A program made the position numbers and the translations under genes. Positions 56,301-64,000 of a DNA stretch of 64,000 nt are shown here, in pieces. Below the pieces are notes generated by a model. It did not search any database. It was not told the DNA's origin and saw nothing but the letters and a program-made list of their open reading frames with translations. Numbering within the stretch: the stretch's first letter is position 1; every line of letters begins with the position of its first letter. Source of the stretch: Eledone cirrhosa (lineage: Eukaryota); contig OZ024742.1 in NCBI GenBank assembly GCA_964016885.1, forward strand, positions 140,616,001 to 140,680,000, read 5' to 3'.

Positions 56301-59300
56301 TACAGCTATAGTTGGGCCTATAAGTTTAGTTATATGACACAAACCTTCATTTTAAAGTGTTTATATTTATCTAAAATCCTTCCATGATAATTTTATGTAA
56401 GAACCTTTGAAGTATCTTCTGAATAACTGCTTAATAATAAGAAAGTTAGTTATATTACTAAATCCCTTCAAATTCTTATCTTCAAAAAATCCTGTCCAAC
56501 CTGACAGGGATAAGCAGGTGTTAAAACCATAATGATTTGTTTCTCAATTAAAGGGAGGGCTCTTCAGTGATATCCAAGACATGATAACCTTTCTGTTGTT
56601 GGTGACCTATATGATAAACACATTAAGTATACTCTGTAAGGTGGTTGGTGATAGAAAGAGTATCCAGCTGCATAAAACCTATTAAACAAAAAGTTGGGAT
56701 AACCCTTTGGCTGTGTCAAAGACATGCCATCCTCCCTAGTGCTAGTGTCACGATAACACACACTTGATAGAGTGCAGAATCATATGTGATTTGTAGGCCC
56801 CAGCCCATCTTAAAGTCACATGTAATAAATCCATTTTTGTTAGTAGGGAAAACAGACATTAAATGATAACTGTTTAACAGTAATCAGTATTTGTTTTTAC
56901 AATATTGTATATTTAATGTTGTTATTTCTGATGTCATAAGCCACACACAAATAATGACAGTTTATTTATTATATGTCTAAACCTTTTTAATGGGTAGATA
57001 GAATTTATAAGGACATTAACTAATAGCAAACATATCTTCCCTACTATAAGAGAACACTGTAAAAGCAATGCCCAGGTTGGAATGTATTTAAAAGAGGACA
57101 GTAGCTCCAACTAAATACTGATTTGGTCTGAAACAACCCATCTGTTCCAACTCAGCATGACAAAAATGGATGTAAAATGGTGATCTAACAAAGTGTATAA
57201 TCTGGACACAGCATGGCTGAATGGTTAAGGAGATTTCTTTATAATCATTAGGTCTCAGGTTCAATCCCACTCTGTAGCATCTTGTGCAGGTGTCATTTAC
57301 CATAGCCTCAGGTTGTGAAACTGGGTCGACAGAAACTGTTTGGAAGCTTGCTGGATTGACTGTACTTATCATATACTGTGTTGTGTTGACTCTCCCTGTG
57401 AATTATATTGAAGGTAGACATGTCTGGGGAATGCTCAGGCATTTAAATGTTAATTTCAGGAGCAAGCTGTTCTGTTGATCAAAGAACTGGAACATCCATT
57501 ATCAAAGAAAAACCAATCTGTTGTTTTTTTTCTTTCAGAGCTGCAGCCTACAGTAAATTAACCAAACACACATCAGCAATCGAAGACTGTAACAGCGCAT
57601 TGGCCATTGATCCTAGCTATAGCAAAGCATATGGTCGGATGGGGTGAGTATTAGCTGCTGATCCTAGCTATAGCAAAGCATATGGTCAGATAGGGTGTGT
57701 AAAGAGTAATTTTCTATTTTTGGTGAACTGTTTTGAACAGGCCTGTTAACTCTTAACATCCCGTAATGATTTAGAAAATATCTAATAAAAAGTGGTTTGC
57801 TAATTCAGATGATTATACTATCTTCATTAGTGGCAGATCATTATGAAAATTTGTAGTATTTGTCAAACTAATTTTTAATTTGATGCAGTCATAGTGCTGT
57901 TTTGTACTTTCCAAGAATATCTTGGTAATGCAGTACAGGATGTTAAGAGTCAGTCAGTCAGTTAGTTAATTATTTATAAAAATTTTGTTGCTTGTATTTT
58001 TATAAAGTTGAAATTATTCTCTAATAATATTTTAATGTTCATTTGTCAGAATGGCTTATCTTGAACTTGAGAACCATGAACAATCTCACGAAGGCTACAG
58101 AAAAGCCTTGGAGTTGGATCCAAACAATCAAAGCTACAAAAATAATCTAGAGATGGTTGAACAGAGACTTCGGGAACAAGCTATGGGGGTGAGTTGTCAA
58201 AAATGCCTCTATTTTCTTTTACCATAGATGTGATATTCTTTTAATATACTTTCTTTTCACTATTCACCATTGTTTTAACCGTTTTGTTACTATATTCTTA
58301 GTGAAAGACAGCTTATTGTTTTCAAATAATTTTTTAAATAGTTAAGAATTTGGAGATTTTGTATAACTTCCTCATTATTTAGCTAGTATTTGGAACATAA
58401 CTTAAAGATTCTCATATAAAATTATGATGGCAGATTTTTAGAGAAATATAAATATATAATAGAATCAGAATCAGTTTTAAGCAGCTTGGTATCAAAAGGA
58501 TTTATGTGCTACATAAATGATCCAAATTTATGCTAATTTCAGGAACTATTTCATAACCTTTTCTTTATTAACTCTTATATATTTTTTGTTGGAGTAAGTG
58601 AGGGTTAGGGTTAACTGAACATATTCTTTTACCACACTTTTGTCTGTTTTTACTCTATTTAAAAATCCAAACATTAATCCTCTTTAGCAAAAATAATTGC
58701 ACACCCATATCTGAATAATAAACATCAAAATGTTTATATGTGCTAAATTTAATTGTTTTGCATATAAAAGTAGACATCTGATGTGAATGCTAGGTTTGCT
58801 TCTTTGATTTTTCTAAATCTCTCGGATGGTTGTCTCATGAGTTAAGGAAGGTTGAAAATGACTGTGAAAGGAGTGATAGAAATGAATGTGGAAGAAAACA
58901 AAGGAAGGGGAGGACCAAGAAAGACATAGTTAAAAATGGAGGAGGAAATGAAAGCCAGCAAACTCGTGAGTTTGGGATGCAGATAATAGGAAAAAGTAGA
59001 GAAGCTTGTCATGGAGTTCGCAGGGCTAATCTGCTTAAATGCTTGTTGCTGTTCTGTCTGCTATATAAATTGGTTTTTCACTTTTTTGTTAAAATAACCC
59101 TTTCAGGCTGGATTAGCTTCTGGTGCTGGTGGCCAAAAAGGCTTTGATTTGTCAAGTATAGTTAATAATCCAGCACTTATGAACATGGTAAGTTGATAAA
59201 AGTAATCCTTATAACATAGTCTAATGACTATATATTATCTTTTTTAAAGTTTATAAAATAAAAATGTATAATCAATCAACTAAATATAATTATACATGTC

Positions 59301-62300
59301 TATATTTCCTTCTGATATTTATACAAAATTATATATATTTAATAAAGGATATATAATCTAAGCATCCAGAGAAACAAGTAATTCAGTTACCACTGGCACA
59401 GTCACTAACACTCACTATATTCATTTCAAACAATATAATATATATATACGTACTAAATATATAATAAATATGAAATAAAAATAATTAACTTTAAATTAAT
59501 GAATAATTCAGTTTATACCAACTAGTCTGTATTAAACAATAATCTATCCTTTTTCTTCTTTCATGAAAACATAAAATACTTTAAATCAATAAGATTGCAG
59601 GAATAACTGAATTGTTATTCTATATTAAGTCCCACAGCTCTTTTCTTACATTATTCAATGTGTCTACTGTCTTTGTTTATTATCATCATTTAACTTTCTT
59701 TCTATTCCATTGCAGGCTGCTAATCTTATGTCAAATCCTCAAATGCAGTCCATGTGAGTTATTCTCTAAATTTATATTGAATTACTTCAAAATAAGTTAA
59801 ATTTGCATAAACATTTGATACCATTTTACCCGAGGATGCCTCTGATTTATAATATAAAATTGCCTGCTGTGTCTAGCTGTTGTCATTCTGCTTTTGTATT
59901 ATGATGGCATCATCATTTTTCGACTGCAATAGCAGTTGGCGATAATCCTCTGTCACCCATTGCAACTATCATAATCAGTTATCCTATGATCAGGTGATTA
60001 GTCATGGCCATTGAGAGTATTTTAATGCCTAGTTTGAATTTAAACTCATAACACGTGATGGAACAAATACCAACTCAGAGCTGAGAGACCCGGAACAAAT
60101 ACCACAAGATATTTTATCTGGCACCTTCATGACTGCCAATACACTGCCTGTGAGAGCATTCATATTTAATGGTTCACATTCTAAAGATGTTTGGGAAATT
60201 AAACTATGTCAAAAAAGGTTTGTGAGGACTCTTTGGTCATATTACTGACATAACCTCTTTAGTGCTGTTCATAGGATGAAATGCATCCTCTGTAAAGTAG
60301 TTGGTGTTAGGAAGGGCATTGAGCTGTAGAAACCATGTCAAAATTGGGATGTAAGCAAGATTTGGATCCCTGTCATGTCTGGGAGGACAGTAGCTCTCAT
60401 TAAGTACTAACTTGGTCTGTAAGATCCTGTGCAACCCATGCCAGCATGGAAGAGTGTGTTTTGCAACTGGTTTTTTTTTTTTTATGTTGGATAACTAGAT
60501 CTTTATTGTATTTATACTGAACAAAAATATTTTTCCTTTCTAGGATGTCCAATCTTATGTCCTCAGCAGCTGGTGAAGGAAGCAATGGAGGCCTTACCTC
60601 TTTATTACAAGCGTGAGTATATTTGTTTCATATTTACTATCAACTCATCATCATCATTTTACGTCCGCTTTTCCCTGCTTGCAAGGGTGGGACGGGAACT
60701 GATTCTGGCTTGATTTCTACAGCTGGATGCCCTTCCTAACGCCAACCTCATTTTACAGTGAGTGCTGGGTGCTTTTTTGCCGTGGCACCTCTACGACCAC
60801 TTTAGAGTGGAATTATAGGGACTCCAGTCCCTATCATCTCATTTCTACAGCTGAGTAAACTGGAGCAATGTGAAATAAAGTGTCTTGCTCAAGGAAACAA
60901 CACATCACCCGGTCTGAGAATTGAACGCACAACCTTTCGATTGCAAGGCCAATGCTCTAACCACTAAGCCATGTGCCTCCAACTCACAAAACTATATTCT
61001 GTATACTGGCATAAAAAAACAAACTAGCTTAACCCTTTAGTGTTCAAATCGCCCCAAACCGGCCGCAATTATTTCCCCTGCATTTGTTCAAATTGCTTGA
61101 AACCGGCCGATAACACCCACACTAAAATATCGTTCTAAAAATAAACAATACCGTCGTCAAAATCTCGTCAATGCGAGATTAGGCCCTTACAATCAGACCT
61201 GGACACAATGCAGCAATGGATCACAGACTGGAAACTGAAGCTGGATGTGGACAAGTGTACCACCATGCATTTTGGGAGGAAAAATCCAGCGTCCACATAC
61301 TCCCTCCACAACACTGATATCAAGAAGTCCTCTTGTGAACGTGACCTGGGCATTAGTCAGCAGCGATTTGCGTTGGACAAAGCATGCCTCTAAGATTGTC
61401 AAGAAGGCCGAGGGTATCTTGGTATCACTCAGCAAGACCTTTGTTAGCCGCTCTCCAGCCGTCTATTTAAAGCTGTATACAGCTATGGTACGACCACACT
61501 TGGAATTCGCATCACCAGTCTGGAACCCCTATCTTGCTCAGAACATTGACCTCCTGAAAACTGTTCAGAGACGTGCAACCAAGCGCATACCCTCCATCAG
61601 ACACCTACCATACTCTGAACACCTTGCTTCCCTGGGCATAGATTCATTGAAGCTCCGACGTCTGGCAATGGACTTGGTAAACACCCACAAAGTTATTGAC
61701 CATCACGCCAACAACCCTGAGCACCTTTTTGATCTCCATGTGTCTAACACACGTGGACATGCCTACAAAGTCAGAAAACAGCACAGCTCCCATGACTTTC
61801 GGAAACATTTTTTCACACTCAGAGTTGCTGAAGCATGGAACAAACTACCTGCATCAGTTGTTGGCTGCCGAGACACTGCATCCTTTAAAACCTCCATGCT
61901 TCCCGAAATTCGCCAAAACTACACCTGATGTACCCCTTCCATACACGTGTATATCATGACTCATGCACTGTTCATTTTCCTGACGTTTGTACATTACCCT
62001 ATGTACTATACATACACTTTTTGATGAGTTGTAGTGCACCTGAGCACTGTACACAATATTTTCATTATTATCAAACTAGGACAATGCGAGTTAGTGGTGG
62101 TGGTTGTAGGATTTAAGACATTTTACATCTGCTTTCCAAGCTGGCTTGGCCAAGTATTTATGGTATGAATCAGTTGTTATTTGTAGTTACTGCACTCCTA
62201 GATGGGTTGGAAGATCATGTCTTGCTCATATGTTACATTTTTGGCACAGTTTCTAAGGCTGGATGCTCTTACTAAGCCCAATCACTTTACTTAGTGTACT

Positions 62301-63578
62301 AGGTGCGTTTTATTGGGCACCAACAACTAAAGAGGTTATATCCTTGTTTGATTGGAACCTATAATTTTTCATTTTTTCCAGAGGGCAACAGCTTGCCACA
62401 CAGATGCAGCAACAGAATCCAGATTTAGTTGCACAGCTCCGCAGACAAGCTAATATTTTGAATGGAGGAGAACAGACTAATTCTGGTAAGTGTCTTAATA
62501 ATTTCAATTCTATTGTAAAGAGATAAAAACAATTTATCAATGCTTTAAATGTTGAGATTAAGAGAAGTGTATTTTATTTATGTTTATAACCAGTTGGAAG
62601 GGACGTAAGCAAATTAAAATATTGTTTGTATTTTAAGAATGTTTAATGTATAGAATTAAACTGGAAACTTGTTCTTTTTTGCCTACTTCTTCCTGGGAGG
62701 GTCATGGGAACAGAGTCCTGTCGCACGCCATCCAGCAGGACCTGTCAGAAACGACTACCTCCAATTCATCTGACTGGATCCCCAAGTGAAATTAAGCCGA
62801 ATTCAAAGATGTTATCCACCCAACTTGCTTGGGATCTACTCCTGGGTCTCCTGTCAGTTGGTTTGGCACGTAAAATCTGTCCAGTAATTCTTTTTTGAGA
62901 CATTCTGATCACACGTCTGTAGTATCGAAGCTGTGATCTCTTAATTGAGACCTGGAGTGACTCTGATCTAACTATGCACTCTATTGAGTAACGTTACTCT
63001 AAAGACCTTTTGGAGGAACCCCATTTCAACCACTTGTATTTGTGATCATATTCTTTCAGTCATTACCCAAGATTCATGACCATAGGTAAGGGTTGGCATG
63101 AATACCAAATTGAAGATAGTGAGTTTGGCTTTTACACCTACTTCTGCTGACTGAATGTTGAGGTGATGTATTATTGCATCAGCTCCTGCAATTCTTGCAT
63201 TTAATTCAGTCTCCTCCCTTTCATCACTTGTGAAAACAGCCCTGAGATACTTGAACTTCTCCATTTGTTTCAGGGGAACTCCACTGTGCAGGCTTCCTTG
63301 AGTTAGTGAATTTTGAATTTAATCTCATTGATTAGCCATCTCTTTATCTCTATAAAAATAATTAAGAATTTTTAGGAATTTAGTAATATAAGATCTTCAT
63401 TATTAAGCTGGTGCTTTGAACATAACTTAATAGTTTTTACATAAAATTATGATGGAAAGATTTTAGAAAAAAAATATTAACAGTTGGTTTAGTATTAATG
63501 GTTAAAATATAAATAAGGATTTAATTGATCTGGATATTGTTTTTATATATTGCAGAAGAAAGTGAAAACAAAGAGTGA
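47288..63578 (+). CDS. SGTA: Small glutamine-rich TPR-containing co-chaperone (SGTA/SGTB family), 319 aa
   Basis: 11 coding exons join in phase (960 nt). N-terminal dimerisation motif ESLEVAIQCLE, three TPRs (AEKLKNKGN...[14 protein letters not shown]...YSKAYGRMG...[18 protein letters not shown]), NNP/NPQ repeats and Q-rich tail [25 protein letters not shown] vs SGTB is not resolvable (pro-ortholog). Confidence 0.93.
48922..49138. mobile_element. piggyBac-like MITE (TTAA-CCCTT...AAGGG-TTAA)
   Basis: TTAA on both sides and CCCTTTA terminal inverted repeats. Same family at 802-1009, 30695-30899 and 36575-36776. Confidence 0.8.
50290..50440 (-). mobile_element. Third tRNA-SINE family (copies near 28905, 30505, 40170, 48740, 49840, 57205)
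   Basis: Recurrent 'cactcacaaggcattggtca..gctatagtagaagacacttgccc..gactgaacc..aaccatgtggttg..aaccacacagccat' block. Confidence 0.7.
50720..50838 (+). CDS. SGTA: SGT coding exon 2
   Basis: ttgttag acceptor; [39 protein letters not shown]; GAG|gtgagt. Confidence 0.92.
51994..52075 (+). CDS. SGTA: SGT coding exon 3
   Basis: ttgcag acceptor; [27 protein letters not shown]; G|gtttgt. Confidence 0.88.
52139..52318 (+). mobile_element. Meta-type SINE copy
   Basis: Close match to 221-398. Confidence 0.8.
52540..53779 (+). mobile_element. Degenerate copy of the same RTE LINE family
   Basis: KTKVLVSG...[41 protein letters not shown], with frameshifts and stops; 3' tail gatgatgat at about 53766. Confidence 0.85.
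54552..54651 (+). CDS. SGTA: SGT coding exon 4 (TPR1)
   Basis: [32 protein letters not shown]; AG|gtaatt. Confidence 0.93.
57539..57643 (+). CDS. SGTA: SGT coding exon 5 (TPR2)
   Basis: [34 protein letters not shown]; GG|gtgagt. Confidence 0.93.
58050..58188 (+). CDS. SGTA: SGT coding exon 6 (TPR3)
   Basis: [46 protein letters not shown]; gtgagt. Confidence 0.92.
59107..59187 (+). CDS. SGTA: SGT coding exon 7
   Basis: [27 protein letters not shown]; gtaagt. Confidence 0.9.
59716..59753 (+). CDS. SGTA: SGT coding exon 8 (38 nt)
   Basis: ttgcag acceptor; [12 protein letters not shown]; AT|gtgagt. Confidence 0.88.
60544..60612 (+). CDS. SGTA: SGT coding exon 9
   Basis: tttctag acceptor; [22 protein letters not shown]; GC|gtgagt. 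Confidence 0.88.
60646..60980 (-). mobile_element. Full-length tRNA-derived CORE-type SINE with RTE-related tail
   Basis: A box TGGCTTAGTGG, B-box-like GTTCAATTC, CORE-like 'ccttgagcaagacactttatttcacattgctccagtttactcagctgtagaaatg', (GAT)n tail, TSD caactca. Confidence 0.85.
61170..62072 (+). mobile_element. 5'-truncated CR1-clade LINE
   Basis: [59 protein letters not shown]. One frameshift near 61350; tail ttttcattattat. Confidence 0.9.
62382..62485 (+). CDS. SGTA: SGT coding exon 10 (Q-rich)
   Basis: ttccag acceptor; [34 protein letters not shown]; G|gtaagt. Confidence 0.9.
62683..63285 (-). mobile_element. RTE-clade LINE fragment, second family (related pieces at about 55281-55620 and 38880-39250)
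   Basis: [13 protein letters not shown]...[16 protein letters not shown]. Shared sequence 'atgcactctattgagtaacgttactc' between copies. Confidence 0.75.
63556..63578 (+). CDS. SGTA: SGT terminal coding exon
   Basis: ttgcag acceptor (NAGNAG cagaag); EESENKE-TGA; AATAAA at 63786-63791. Confidence 0.75.
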
Positions 63579-63679
63579 CATTCCATGTATAAGGATCACT
63601 GATGCTGTAATGGTGTGTAGTCCATGTTTGACTGATGGAAGTACACTGTGCAAATTAGCTACTACAAACCAAACAGAAA

Positions 63680-63726
<47 letters not shown>

Positions 63727-64000
63727 ATAATAATAGAGGGACTCATAATGAATATAAATCTTTATAAATAGGACTACTTATAATGAATAAATCTTTATAA
63801 AGAAGTAATGGCCAAATCTGTACAGAATTTTGTAGCAAGTATTTCCTGTATTTCCATAGGAATGTTATTTCTATGCAATATCTCTATTGGTTGTACCTAA
63901 ACTAAAAATGTACCACTGTCGTGATATCATCAGCAGTACTTGATCATATATTCTAGAAATCCATCAATCAAGAGAATTTATACATAGCTGTGATTAAACA

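Noticed and set aside
60905-60980. tRNA-like sequence with A and B boxes
   Set aside because: It is the head of a multi-copy SINE; the acceptor and T stems do not pair. Not a tRNA gene.

Overview
AT-rich, repeat-dense animal genomic DNA with spliceosomal GT-AG introns. The SINE/LINE/MITE landscape resembles an octopod cephalopod; this is an inference, not a database match. Three intron-containing genes were assembled by hand with consistent exon phases. (1) The last three coding exons of a CIB1-like EF-hand gene (+, 672-3408). (2) A complete SRSF11/SREK1 (Srp54-type) SR splicing-factor gene (-, 43600-8867; two RRMs, RS domain, C-terminal 'DMDMSD'; 633 aa from 13 core exons, 655 aa with a 66-nt candidate cassette). 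(3) A complete SGT (SGTA/SGTB) TPR co-chaperone gene (+, 47288-63578; 319 aa), head-to-head with the SR gene. Introns contain RTE and CR1 LINE fragments, CORE- and Meta-type tRNA SINEs, piggyBac-, hAT- and Tc1-like MITEs, a Buster transposase relic, a Helitron-like element and Penelope-type hammerhead relics. The most notable signals cluster in the SR gene: a candidate 27-nt in-frame microexon in RRM1 loop 3, several candidate poison exons, a run of symmetric phase-2 RS-domain exons, one intron with several long dsRNA-forming inverted repeats, and an exact ETS-CRE composite promoter element. An RTE LINE family carrying a PHD-like finger in its RT region, and sharing its 3' tail with the CORE-SINE, is also notable. 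Most short ORFs in the supplied track are spurious or repeat-derived. All exon calls lack transcript evidence.
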